From: Kudoa neothunni
Taxonomy: Eukaryota; Animalia; Cnidaria
Assembly (NCBI GenBank): GCA_964304625.1
Contig: OZ199838.1
Location: 10,867,607 to 10,931,606 of the forward strand
DNA: 64,000 nucleotides
Reading direction: 5' to 3'
In this document: one piece after another, positions 39,334 to 53,464 of the stretch
How the letters are laid out: the number at the start of each line of letters is the position of its first letter
Position numbering within the stretch: the stretch's first letter is position 1
The notes under the pieces: model-generated
The model's database searches: none
Told to the model about the DNA's origin: nothing
Seen by the model: the letters and a program-made list of their open reading frames with translations, nothing else
Program-made: the position numbers and the translations under genes

Positions 39334-41303
39334 TCTCCTTCAATAACGACGAACAACCGAACAACAACGATCGTGCAGTAAGCGTGGTAGTTGTTCTGAA
39401 TGTGTTCTGTAAAGATGATTAGAAATTTTAAAATTGATATGTAATAAAATAATTTTATTTTTTTAAAATTATCATAAAAACTAATATCAGTAATACCTAA
39501 CCTATAGAAGGATGGAACGGCGTTTTATTTCTAGGATTTCGACTGCGATAAAAACTACATATTTTCAAATCACTCGATTTAATAGGTTAAGTTATGTTTA
39601 AATTAAGACAATATTCCCGTGATATTTAAGAAAATTTCAATGTTCATTAAAACTAATCCTCCAACACAGTTCGAGTTGTTTCATCAATTTTCGTATCGAT
39701 TTGACCAGACTAACTTATTGCTTCTTTGTTAGATGTTTAAACAAATAGAATTTTAACTATTGTTTCTGCGATATTGATGTAGTGACATTACACGCCTAAA
39801 ATAATCGGTTCAATAACTAGCGTCCTCTTAAAGTTCTTTCATAATTTAACCCATTTATGTTTTCAACAACAGAAAATTTCTAATTTATAAATAATGTTAG
39901 TATTTAATGATAAAATTTAGGTTTAAAATTAATAAACGTTCAAAAATAAAAGAATAATAATTGTACTGTTTAAATGTTTGTTGATAGATAAATCCAGTAT
40001 TTAATTCATCAAAGAATTAGTGGTTGCAATAATCACTTTTACACCCTAGGACTTACAAATCGGTAAGGCAAGCATTTTGACACTCACATTGTGGAGCCGC
40101 TTATGATCATTTCAAATAAAAAACCCTTATAGTATAATCTTGAGGTTAGCGGGTTTTTAGCTTGATTTAGAAGATATATTGATTTTTCTTACGATTATAT
40201 TGTTAATAAATTATATTGTATATGAAGTACAAAAATCTCCTATTGATATTTATCCCAAACGTGATTTTGTAATAAACATGAAATTAAAGTATCTGAAAAA
40301 TTTTTTAACCTTAATTTATATAACATTTTAAAAGATAATAATGGAGATTAAACATATATTGGGTCGATATAGAATTTTATTGAAAAAAAATTATTTTTTC
40401 ATTTTAGGTTCCAATGGTGTCTCATGCAGGAATTGTTTGGCATAGTGATGATAAAATTATTTTATATCCATTGAATATTTATATCCGAATGATGGCATTA
40501 AATTATACATTTTGTATTATTATTGTTAAGAAATTATGCAGGTGTAAAATATCAAGCGATGTTGACTCGGTAGAAAACGACCCTGCAAACCTTAATGGGT
40601 GATGACATTCAACTGTATTGATTAGTTTTAATATTCGTTTAGTATTGTCAATCCTTACACGAGCAACCAAAGTAAAAGGCGAAGAGAACTTATTAAGCAC
40701 CAAATATGATTTACGGCGTACATTACTTATTCAGATATAATGCGTTTTATCTTATTTATTGAATCAAACATAATTATTTTAGTTACATAAATATTCGATT
40801 AACATTTTAATACCATTCAATTAGTTTGTGTAAATTTTCTTAATTGTTTAATCTAAAGTTGGTTTTAAATAATTTATAGTAGATTCTTCTTGACGCAAAA
40901 GATTTTTTCAACTATTGAAATGATGTTTAGTCGAATTATCATACAAAAAAATTCGAATCCGAACATGCACATAGCTTGGTATGGAAAACGACGAATCTTG
41001 AGAGTTACTCGGGTACGCAGCCAGTACTTTTATGCAACAAAGGTGAATTATAAATTTTACACATTTTTTCACCACAGGATAACCAGATTCTATCCTATTT
41101 TATGTACACATACAAAACTATGATCAATGTTTATATAATTAAACACCAGTTATAACAATATTTATTATTGGCTAATTTAACTTATTTCATGTTATTTTAA
41201 AAAATTTTATTAAATGGTCTAGGTAATATGTGAACCATTAATCCAATATTATCTCAAGTAAAGCCCTCGCCTAGAAGAGGTTGGAAACACTTATCTAAAA
41301 TTA

Positions 41304-41920
41304 CAGTCGAACCTCGATTTTCCGAAAATCTCCCGATCTGGAAGAAATTTTACATTTTATTTGGATTTTATTGACATTACGTGTCAATAAATGTTCGATT
41401 ATCCGGAAACTGGAAGAACTATTTAATCAAATTTCCGGATAAGAGTGACACCCATCACCGTACGACATATACAATGTAGCATATATACCAATGAAATATT
41501 TAAAACAAAAATATTTCTAGGTTATTTATTAGTAACTTTTTCTTATAAAACTTATGTTAAGCATCCAGTTCTTATATAAATTATTGTTATATCTGAACGT
41601 ATACCTTTATGTATATTAAACATAAATTAATTACCAATTATTTAAAAAAGCAGATTACTCTTCTGTAGACGTGTAAAAACTGCCATAATTATGTACTGTT
41701 TTTCCTTTGTCTTCATATTCGTAGTTAATAGATACGTCAATATTTTTAATTTAAGCGACAAAATTTAAAATATTTTATTTAATAAATAGTAAAAATTGCT
41801 TATTAATCAAGTAAACAATGCTTTAAATATTAATTTTAAAAAAACGCACTCACACAAGACGTTGTTTAAGTTTGATTAACCTTAACCTAGTTATCTGGAA
41901 GGAAAATTGAGATTTGACTG
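41304..41920. mobile_element. Tigger/pogo-like MITE, 617 bp
   Basis: TA|CAGTCGAACCTCGATTTTCC versus the reverse-complemented right end TA|CAGTCAAATCTCAATTTTCC (17/20 identical); TA TSD. Confidence 0.8.
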
Positions 41921-42469
41921 TATTCTGATTTGCACAAAATCAACATAATTATTCAAGTTGAACTAAAATCCACATATATTCGCCAACGAAAAACATCAAT
42001 TCTCAAGAACAACCTTATAATATTCATTATTAGATCTTAATTTTAGGTAATTAATACTAGACTTCTGAAATTAACCTATCTTAAAATTTAAGGGAAGAAA
42101 CATTAAATTACATTTATATTGCTATCGTTTGGGGTTACTAATAGATTACACTGCCATAAAATAAAAACTTATACGTATAATAACGACGAGTTTGTGTGGT
42201 TGTATTTCACAGTTACTTCGAAGAGTTGTTGTATGGGTAATAGCTTATAGGAATGAGCGCAACGAAAAAAACCTCACGATTGTTGGTAGGACAACAAAAA
42301 ATAGATAGATTGTTGTGATATTACAGTTTAATGGTGGTGGCGGTGGAAGATTTGTATACCATCTCCAAGGATATGTATACTGCTAAAGATGAGGAAAATT
42401 GTAGGTGAATATTGTTGAGATTATAATTTTGGTAAAATCCTAGCCTTTTTTGTGATTCAGTCATTTTAA

Positions 42470-43450
42470 TAGTTGTGAACTTTTAGTAGACTATCGAATT
42501 TAGAAATAGGATTATTTTTTGTTTTTTGATGTTATTTGGATTTTTTTGTTTTTTCTTTAGTATTGACAATATTAGGTAACTAGTATGATTTCCATAAGAA
42601 ACCATAGCTGGGAGGCGTCTCTCAGTCTCGCGAGTGAGTTGAAAATGGATCACTGTCGTCTGAATAGATATCCTAATTATGGTTCATTAGTTGGTTTGAA
42701 TAATAATATAGGCAAATTAATAGGATTGTATGCCGTATAACAAACTAATCCTTATACTATATAAGAAAATCACCTCTACGTATTCACTGGTGGAAGACAT
42801 CCGCGAGACCGAAAGGCTGAGATACGGAGAATTTGAACAAGAAGACATTTCTTTATTTTCTTTTTCATGATCTTCACGATCATCGTCATCATCATCGTGA
42901 AATACATGTTCGTTGTCATGTTCACCATGCATTGATGAAAGCATATCTCCCATGTTGTAAAGCACGTTTGTTAGATTTGAGTCCATCTGTTTACACATTG
43001 TTTTCAGTGCCTCATACTCTTGGTAATCTAAACGTTGGTCCTCAGGAATTGATGATAAGGAATTGTCGAATGGATTTGTCGTAGTGAGCGTATGATCATT
43101 ATTTAGGTTGGTGGCCTCGCATTCGACAATAGTATCTTCCAGAGCACTCTTTTTTGTGTGGAGTTCCGAGGACTTATCAAACATATTGGATTGGTCATAT
43201 ACTTGAAGACCTTGTTTTATTTGAGTCAAAGTGTTATTGACATCACTCAAGAGTATGCCAAAATTGATAAGACCATTAACAAAATCGCTAGGCCTTTTTC
43301 GAGACCGTAATGTGGATACTCCATCCAGAAGATTGGATTCCTTAAAATGTTTAATAACCAAATATACCTCACCAAACACTATTCACCTCCCAGCTACTAG
43401 TTTCTTCTTTAGAGCGGTTTCGTTGGTTTGACCCATACTGATGAAACATT
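42470..43450 (-). CDS. Uncharacterised coiled-coil/acidic protein (partial model)
   Basis: 220-aa ORF 42717-43379 with heptad-like and acidic stretches, plus a GT donor at ~42773 and a downstream exon. Start and end uncertain. Confidence 0.5.
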
Positions 43451-44376
43451 AGAAAAATAGACGTTGAATTAATCAAAAAAGATTTCTTTAGCAGTATATA
43501 TCTAGAGGGTGAGATAATAGTTATAAAAAGTAAAGCTGAAAAATAAAATAATGGGCTGTATTGTCCGTTCTTCAACTTCCATATTACAACCCATTAGGCA
43601 AAGTTATTGGGTTAATAGAAACAGTAATTACCCCCACCTCTGGAATATACAAAACAATCGATTTGGTGAATTATGCTGCCAGGTAGTTTTTTGATAAAAT
43701 AAACCCCAATTCTACCTCTTGACTACACCTCGACTACTAAGGTATACCTGTTTGTCTGTAACACCTCAGATTATACATTCGGAAATACCACCCTATTTAT
43801 AGGTCACAAATAAGCGACAATTCATGAATTCCGCAAGTAATCACGCTTCCTCAAACAACCACTATCATATTTATATTTATACTCAGTCAATTTCATGTCA
43901 TATATCCGACAATATTTTTCTTTTTTTGCCATCTACTTTTATAAGAGATTTAATATTGTAATCCCATTACAATATTAAAATTTGGGGTGTCCCCTTATAA
44001 ACTTCATGTTTAATTAATTGGAAACGATAGTAAACGGTAACAAAAGATAATACTCCGCTTCAAATATGCTCAGCTATTAGCAAGTAGTAAACATGATACC
44101 CCTCCTAGACCTGTTTCATTAATGTATGTTTTATATGGACAACTATTTTCCATATAAGCATACATCGGCAATATAACTTTTGACAAGCGTGCATGCATTC
44201 ATTTATATATAAATATATATTAGTTTGTGAGATTCAGATGTAAATATCAAACAAAAATTCTATATATGAATCATTTCGCCGATAATACAACGCGCAAGCG
44301 CTAGCAAAATTAATAATCGTAGCACTCATTAAATTAACAAAAATAGTGAATCTTTACTGAAAGGGAAATTATTAAT

Positions 44377-47300
44377 TTATAGATTAAAATTTTTACACAA
44401 CTCATCAACCTCATCTTCCAGATTTTCTAAAAATAAACATTAAAAGCACTCAAAATAATCGACATATACTTAAGTTGGAATCCAACCATGAAATGGCATT
44501 CATATGACCATTCATAATTTTACTAACACTGTCATACTAGAGTGATAAATGAGAGGAGCTATTTAGCGTGTGTGCAAAATTATAAGCCATTTACTGTGAT
44601 GTTTTCACTTATTTCGGATAGTTCATTGTTATTCATCTCATCAACTACTTCTTTGAGTTCCCGGTAAATAGAATTTGTAGTCATGTCGACTTCTTCGCAC
44701 AATTCATACAAAGAATGGCGTTCTTGGTTGTAGTTGAGTTCCATATTGATGTTTTTGGTTTCATAGTAAAGCATGTCCTGTTCAAGCTGGTTAATGAGGT
44801 CACCAACCTCTTCAACAGATGTAGATAATTGGCCAACGCTCTGATTCAATTTATTGCTGATAACAGCCTGGTTATCAATATGGGCCTTAAGTTGAGTGAA
44901 CTATTGTTTTTAATTTATCAAACAAATCAACATAGCCTAAAATGACATTGGTTTCCAAGGACATCAACTCCTGAGTCCATTTATTGAGTTTTGCACCATG
45001 GTCCTTAAAGTTCTTCAAATTAGTAGCTAATTCCTTCTCCCACTAGAAAACGTATCGATACCTAAGTAATATCTCAACACATCTAAACTTACTCGGCTTA
45101 TATAATAATTAAGTTCTCTAAATATGGAAATTTTGGATAGGTCGAAAGGCTGTTTTGGTAGCGAAGTATCCACATTTCTATAATATCACATATTAGCCTT
45201 TTTCCAGGTTATTATTGATTAATGATAGTCAACTCAAAAGTAAAACGAAATGTAGATATAGCTTTGAGGTAGAATGTATTTGAACTAATATTCTCTCTCA
45301 TACAACAATGTGGAATAATAACAAACAAGGTCTCAATTTAAGAAACATTGTCAGAGATATATCCCAATTTTTATAGGTGTTATATCTCGATCAGCATCGT
45401 TACGATAATGACCAACACAAATATGGACACCAAATTTTTACTGAATAAAAAAAACTTACACATCTTTAAATTCCAAAGTTGATGGTACTAAAAGAGTGTT
45501 ACTTGATAACAGAAAATCAATATTACTTTGATTGCTTGTGTTAAAAGATAAATTTGTAGCTCTATAGAGAAATAAAAAATGAATAATAAAAATCCTTATT
45601 AATAACTTCTCATTATCTTGCAACAATCCACTTTTGGTGCCCTATAAATTTTTAGTTCAAGCAGGGATATTATAGTTTACCTTTCGTTTCAGAGGGTCAA
45701 GTATATCACTTGGAAAACCTCCAGTAGATAATCCCTCATTTCCTAATATTACATACAAGCATTATAAATGATAACAGAAACAAAATTAAATGTCAAGTAT
45801 TAAATATATAGAATGAAAAATTATAATTTATAACAAAATCCATCGCTGTAAGTATTAAACGAGTAAGCAAATGTGCTCGCTCAGTAGAAAGATTCAATGC
45901 GATTCTCATACAACAAATTTTGATATTTAAATTTATTTAATTGGACACCATTTTAGTTATATTTTTTTTAATTTAAATATAATTTATAGAAAAATTACAA
46001 ATAAAAATGGCGAGTGGATCAACACTAGGTTAAATTGATAAACCTACCACTACATGAGTAAAGTTTCCAATAATCTCATTTTAATTAAACAAATCATTTC
46101 TAATAAATTAGGTTCCATCGTTGAAACTTTTCGTCATTAATAAAAACATAAATAATGCTTAGAATTTTAATAAAATAAATGTAAAATAATTTTGGGAATT
46201 TATTATTTAAATAGTTATATTATGTATTTCCTTGTTATTTATTTTATGAATCGACGATTTACTCGCGAACCACGTTTAATTGGCACTAAGAATCAATCAA
46301 GTAATGCAATAGTTATTTTTTCAAAATCTATTTTATTTTTACCGATATAAATACACAAAAATACCTTTAAATTACTTTAAAAGATCATACTCAATTCTTT
46401 ATTATTAAAATAATGAAAAAAGTATTACAAAATTTTAGCAGTAATTCTACAGTGAGTCTGAATGATACGTGATTCGATATGGGGGAGTTTCAATTTTAAC
46501 TCGTATTCTAAAACTCTAATGATAGCGTGAATTTTTACTGTTATTGGTCGAATTTTTTAATAAAAATTACCAAATTAATTAACTTTCATTGTTAACTTTA
46601 CAATATCTAGTTATGGCGAGATTTTTACAAAGTGAGGGCCTTTATTGCGAAGTTTCATTGTGAATAGAAAGAAATTAAGTATACCGTATTTATTCGAGTA
46701 AAAAAACCATTAAAATTTTAAGTTATTTCTCAGAAAGAAACTCTTGTGTGTTATTACCAAATAAATACAGTAACTGAGGTTAAAATTCTAATATTAATCA
46801 AAAATTATTAAATAAACATGTGAGGATTAAGACAGAATATTTAATTGATTATTAAACATTCTTTTTTGCGGCGATGGCGTAAGTATATTTAACAACTAAG
46901 AATTTTAGGTAATACATTTTATTCCTTAGTGATAAAATTATTTTAAATACAACGAACTTCCAATCATCAAGAAAACTTCGAACCAGTCCATTCTCTTGCT
47001 GGATAATGACTTCCAGTTAATCGAACATGCGCATATGTGTGATGCTTTTGTATTCCTTCTAAAGTTTATTTATTTATTTATTTTTTATGGAGATTTTGTA
47101 ATTTAATAATAATCAATTTATCGGTGAAATTTAATGTTCGATATATAGATTTGTCGGTGAATTAGCAATTTAGAGACTCGTAGAGAAAACGATAGATAAT
47201 AATGACAAAATGACGCATATATTCATAAAAGAGTAATCCGAAACTTTAAAAATTTAAATTCAATGTTATTTTAATTCTATTTTGGTGAATATAATAAATT

Positions 47301-47750
47301 CATTATTTAATCCGTCTTTTAACGAGGTTACTAACTCATCTTTTAAATTGAAACTCACGAATATTTTACTTCTTAATGAATTTAGTGTCAATCAAAATAG
47401 TATTGATAATCTATTGATCCTCAATGTCTGAGATTTCATTGTCTGTATTCAAATGGTTCGTAGTCTCCTTCATTTGGAATTTGCAAGATTGTCGACTTCA
47501 GTTGAAGAGCTCTCCAGTTTATGGTTCATTATCAAAATTTACATATTCTGTTCCGCCTCGATAATAGGATAAAGTCTTTTTGCTGGGTTTTAGAACAACC
47601 CTATGATTTTATCAGAATGTATAACGATAAAATAGTACTCAAGAACAAAGTTTGATGTTTATCTAATATATGTACTAACAAACGTTTGAATATTGCAGAA
47701 CTTCGTCCGCTTGAATGATAAGATTTATTCTTTAACTCAAAATCTTTAAA

Positions 47751-47800
<50 letters not shown>

Positions 47801-50672
47801 TGTTTATATTATATACATCATTATCATCGGTGTTACATTACGTAAATTCTATGATCATCTATTTGGTTTAATCCGGAATTGAGATTACAAAGTTTCTCTG
47901 GCGTTCCAGCTGATCAAATATTTATCCAAAAGTAATTTCAATAAAATTTAGAATGACTTCTACATCGGGCGATTTCAGATGTTTCGGATTTCTCTGTATA
48001 TTTACATTAATACATAAATCTTAAAAGTATAAATCAACATTTAATGTACGTTAATATGAAAATAAATTAAAAATTTTTCCCATTCTCGGCGTGCAAATAA
48101 CAGGAATACAGGGAGGTTTCTTGGGACCGGCCGAAAACGTCGCTTTATCCAGGCCAGGGTCAACTGTATCATTCTAATGGGCAATAATGCAACAACAGCA
48201 ACCTCCCCAAGAGATTTCACAGACTTTATTTGCTGCTCTACGTCGAACATTCATCTCTTTACTTTTTAATCTTATTGCAATATATTTTCATAATAACTAA
48301 TCAAACAAATTGATTTCAATATGAAGTATGCAAAAGGGGGGAAACTAGTGAGCAGATTGACAGGCGTGTGAATGACGAGAAATGTAATAAGTGAAAACTT
48401 GCTTAGTTCAAAATATTTCAACCAGCCCATTAAAACCCTGGCGAAGGTTTTGAGAAAATTAGTATTTTAAATTTAGTAGCATGAGAAAAGCCTCACTACG
48501 ATAAAGCCTACAATAATCCACGCAAAATTATAAAAAAAATTTCAATTAATATTTGATCAAATTTTTTTGTAAAAAATATAATTTTGTTTAATTTTTAGTT
48601 TCTCACACACATTTTTGTTTATGTTCCAAAAATAAAGGTGAAATTTTTTTCAACTTCTTAAGGAGCGTGGGAATTACTTAAGTTGACAATTGTCAGTCAC
48701 AAGATTTATTTGAACTATCGCTTTCTTTAACTTAGCGCTATTCTACCATCACGGAAGAATAGAAAATGATTATCATCGTTGTTCCTCAATTATGGCATTT
48801 GATCAATGTTTATCATAAGCCAATAATACAAAAAGTTGTTGAAATTTAAAACCTTATACAAACATAAGATTTGGTAATCCGTGGTTCATAATTTATAAAA
48901 ATTAATTTTTATTTATTAATATAAGGAGAAACGTTCAAACTGATCAATAGCTTATTGTTATAATATATGGCTTACCTCCAATCCCTCTTTTCAACATGTC
49001 AGAACCTGGCAACTTTTTCTCACCAAAAGATTCTAAACTCATGAATAGTTCGATATACTCTCTGAACAAAGCTTAACCTTTTAAATGAAATGTTGCACCA
49101 ACACCAGCCGAGGATGTAATTTCACGAGAATCGGGTATTTGTTGAGTTTTGGATGGTACATCTGAACCCAAAGTCCCTGTAGTGCTGATTGGGAGAACGC
49201 CAGAACCAAGTGACAGAGGCTGAGTCGTAGATGCAATCCCAGAATCTACTTTTTTGGCATTTCCAGTTAAATCATCAGGACCTTGACTTTTGGAGGTTTC
49301 TGATGTCGGCTTAGTTCCACTAAAACCCAATTTTGACGTGATCCCAGTTAAACCACCAGATCCCAACGACGAAGAAATTCCACCGAACAGTGAACCAACT
49401 CCAGGGGTGGATGCGGCTCCAGTTAAACCACCAGATCCTAATGTAGATGCAGTTCCACCAAAGAGTGAACCTGAACCTGCAGCTAACGTGGTTCCTGTCA
49501 GGCCACTACCTCCAAGTGTGGATGTAGCTCCAGTTAAACCACCAGATCCCAACGATGATTTAGTTTCACCAAAGAGTGAACCAGAACCTGCGGTTGGTGT
49601 AGTTTCAGTTAAACCACCAGTTCCTAAAGACGATTTCGTTTCACCAAATAATGAACCGGATCCTGTAGTTGGTGTAGTTCCAGTTAAACCACCCGATCCA
49701 AGTGTGGATGTGGTTCCACCAAAGAGTGAACCTGAACCTGCAGCTAACGTGGTTCCTGTCAGGCCACTACCTCCAAGTGTGGATGTAGCTCCAGTTAAAC
49801 CACCAGATCCCAACGATGATTTAGTTTCACCAAAGAGTGAACCAGATCCTGTAGTTGACGTAGTTCCTATCAAACCACCACCTCCAAGTGTAGATGAGGT
49901 TCCGCCGAAGAGTGAACCAGAACCTGCGGTTGGTGTAGTTTCAGTTAAACCACCAGTTCCTAAAGACGATTTAGTTTCACCAAATAATGAACCGGATCCT
50001 GTAGTTGGTGTAGTTCCAGTTAAACCACCCGATCCAAATGTGGGTGCAGTTCCGGTTAAACCACCAGATCCCGGCGTTGATGAAGCTCCAAATAACCCTC
50101 CAGATTTCAAGGTTGGAGCAGTCTCAGCGAATAAAGAGCCGGAACCTACGGTTGATAGGATGTTAGTTAACGTTCCGGATCCCAAGGAAGAAGAAGCTCC
50201 AGTTAAACTGCCGGATCCTAATGCTGATGTTGTTCCAGAAAAATTATTAGACCCAAGAGATCCTTGTTTATTTGTTGTTGTACTAAAGAGTCCTTCTGAA
50301 CTGAATTGTGGCTGTTGATTAGAGGCTGTTCCACCAAAAAGTGCACCCGAGCCAGCTGAATTGGCTACATTGTTTTGTAGTCCCGATGAAAACAGAGAGC
50401 TTGTCTTAACGTTAGCAGATTTTTCGGATGCTCCAAGGGGAGAATTTGATGATGTCAATTTTGTACCAGATAATAATGTTCCCGCAAACAACGAACTAAA
50501 AAATATATTTAAAAAAATAATGAAACAAAGAAGAGATACGCTGAGGGTTTCTCAATGGATAAAGGGTTGTTATTTCCTTCCGAACCTTTCAGATTTGTAT
50601 TTGATTTATCAGTGTCAGTATTAGTATCCAAGAAATGAACTTTCTTTTTAGGAGACTTTTTTTCGGAAGTTC
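44377..50672 (-). CDS. NUP62: Nucleoporin Nup62/Nsp1 (FG region plus C-terminal coiled coil), multi-exon; start not resolved
   Basis: FG-rich exon 49073-50491. C-terminal exons ELNYYISR|WEKEL..F..HGAKLNKW, ERHSLYELCEEVD..ELKEVVDEMN and KIMNGHMNAISWLDSN match Nup62 KWSLELE, EREKTYKLAENID and KILNAHMDSLQWIDQN. Stop at 44377-44379. Linking the two halves across a ~3.2-kb intron is inferred. Confidence 0.85.
47755..47797. repeat. (TA)n microsatellite
   Basis: Direct read. Confidence 0.95.
49330..50230 (-). repeat. Coding tandem repeats of 12-13 aa (GSGSLFG../GSGGLTG..) with block duplications
   Basis: Near-identical ~130-bp blocks at 49452 and 49713 (offset 261) and at 49572 and 49908 (offset 336). 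Confidence 0.9.
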
Positions 50673-51488
50673 CTAAAGGTAATTAAATGGAATAAAGCTT
50701 TAATAAGCAGTACGACAACGAAAACTATATTTATGCAGTAAGAACAGAGCAAAATTTTTAAAACAAATTTTTGCGAAAATAAATAATATACATAATTTGA
50801 AAATAAATTCAAACAAATCCCGATTCTCTGACTTAATTAAATGGGATATAATTATTTCATATGGTGTATTGTTAAGCTGTGCAATAGGGAAAACAATAAT
50901 ATAGATTAGAAATGAGAAAAAAATAACCTTATAATTTTTCTACCTAACTCATTATTTTCATTAATTATCACAAGAGCTTTTTAATTAAAATTCATATTAA
51001 ACAAACGAAATACCTGTAGGATAAGGTGAATTCCTATTATTTCCTTCCAAGGACATCACACACTGCCGAGAATTGTGCGAAGACCGACGAATCTATCAAA
51101 GGCGCCTGGATGTTTGTGTTGTATTAGCCTATAGTTTTATATCCAATCAAACAATAATTATTAGTTGAACACAAATATTATTGATTTTTTTAAAATTGTG
51201 TAGTCTGATTTAGCGTATAAGATTATTAGAGGAAGTTGTTTTTGTTGTGTACCTTCAAATGCCTACCAGGATGTAAAAAAGTTAAGATCCCCCGTTGATA
51301 TATTTATTGATTTTTGTATTTTAATCAATTATTAATCTTATTGAAAATTGCCCCATTCCTTTATTCAACCAGCTTTTTGGCATCAGGCAGACAAACACGC
51401 AAATAAATATCTCATTTATTTAATTTTATATATACTAAAGACAGCAAAGAATATACGATAATTAAATATTTCTAGCTGGGAGGTTAAC

Positions 51489-52916
51489 TTATTTCAAATG
51501 GTTTCGTATCTGTTTGTAAAAGCTACAGATATTGACTAATATTATAAGTCTTGAAATTGCAGAAAAGAATAGCTAAATTAAAAAGCTGAACAGAACTTCT
51601 CATCAATCAATTACCTCGCCTATAAAATGAATAAATCGTTTCGGAGGAACCGAAGTTCCGGCAGTAGCCCAGTTTACCAAATGACCAGTTACTCCATAGC
51701 AGACTAAACTTTCCCGATGCTAATGTCTAAATTTAAATATGACCATCCAGTAATATAAACTTCAATTGCAGAAATTAATTTGTATGCAACATCTTCCGGT
51801 TCGTATAGCTTAGCCTTTCCAGATATAATTTTTGTTATTAGCGGCTATTTCATAAAAAAACTTTCTAACAATTAAGCAATCATAAAAAGAACTTTAGTTG
51901 AACTCTCTTGAACGTATCCGGGAGTGTTAGTATCTGATGGGTAGGCCATTATGATATTAACATTTCTGTGTTTATTCTATTATGAATTAGCTGGCATGAA
52001 CAACGAGAGTAAGACCTCCATTTGGATAATTTGAGCCAGCCCCTCTAATGCAAATTTCGAAGGAGAGTATGCCCCAAAACCATAGAAACCAAACTTGTAA
52101 AAATAACACATCATATTTAAACAGAAGGAACATACTTTTCCTGCAACTGAAGAGAGAAAAACAATGGTGCTTGGTCGTTGGCATTCCTTGGCAATTTTGA
52201 GACGACTCAATAAAAGATGGGCCATTTTCGCTGATCCCATATAGTTGAGGTCCAGCGTAGCCTAAACAGTCAAAGCTAAATGAAGAAAACCCCAATTAAT
52301 AACTTGGTGTTTGCTGATTGGAATATCTTCAAATCTCCCACAACAAGCGCCACCAGCACAATTCACAAGAACATCAACCGGACCGAAATTATTCACAATC
52401 TAAGCAAATCTATTTCATGTATTCACACCGTTAACATGCCTCATTAAAGACCCCCTCCAAAATGGAGTAGTCATCTGTAACATCAAATTTAAAAGTTTGA
52501 ATCTATTTCGATGGTGAACACTCCCATAATTAGGTCTTCAAATAGACTTACTTTTGAATTACAATGGGAATTAGATAAAATTTCTGATTTGAGATATTCA
52601 AGGTCGGCCTAAGTGTTTTAGTTGTGATCACTATTCATTTATGAATCACACAAAAGTACCATTGTTCTTGCTAGGAGAGTTAAACGAAGCGGGCGTACTG
52701 AAAGAAGATTCACCATCGACCTTCCAATACCTTTTGTGGCTCCCGTGATCTAATTTTTAGGTGACTCCCTCAAATTTGAACATCAATTACAACTATGTGT
52801 TTGTCATGGAGACACATTTTATCTTGGAATGTCAAATAACGATGTATAAATTTTAAAATCCCAATCACAATAACAACTGAGGTGGCAGCAGTCCATGATG
52901 TTAACATTAAAACCAT
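51489..52916 (-). CDS. KDSR: 3-ketodihydrosphingosine reductase (FVT1/TSC10-like SDR), multi-exon
   Basis: N-terminal TM; HIV|ITGATKGIG; GPVDVLVNCAG..CGRFED; LNYMGS; IVFLSSVAG..GFYGFGAYSPSKFAL.GLAQ.IQME; YPSDTNTPG; KP.ITK.IS; C-terminal hydrophobic segment. Confidence 0.9.
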
Positions 52917-53464
52917 TCTCAACGAGTTACGCTGAGAAGCAGCGTTATTTTTAAGTGATAATCCGGCGAGAATTGGATTTATGATGGGAAAATACCTTCT
53001 CATAATGTTTCAACATATTTCATCTATTTATTCGAAAATAAATATTATATATTAATAAATTATTCTATATAATGTTGTTATTATTTAAATAGATACCTAT
53101 GTCAGAAATGAAAATAAATGGTGATTCAAACATCATACGAACTATTAGAGGTATTATTCTTAAATAATACTAGATAGATTTTTAATAATGCAAAAAATTA
53201 ATATACATTAAATTTGAAGATTGAAAATTGTAAAATTGTTCATGACATTTACATGGAGTGTACCACATGCGCGAATATATTGTGCGCATTAAACTCTTAA
53301 TGAAAATTAACCACATCATAATTTAATTAATTAAAAAATTGAAATTTTTAATGTTGTGATTTTAGCGATTTATAGTTTATTTAGTCAGTATTCATGAACC
53401 ACGTGGCCCAAGATATTAATCCTACAATTAGCGTTGTCTGCAATTGATCGTTTTAGTGTGGTTG

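Noticed and set aside
49290-50318. 342-aa Pro/Val/Asp-rich ORF on the + strand
   Set aside because: Antisense shadow of the Gly/Thr/Ser FG-repeat exon (GGN/ACN codons read as Pro/Val); no ATG start and no independent evidence.
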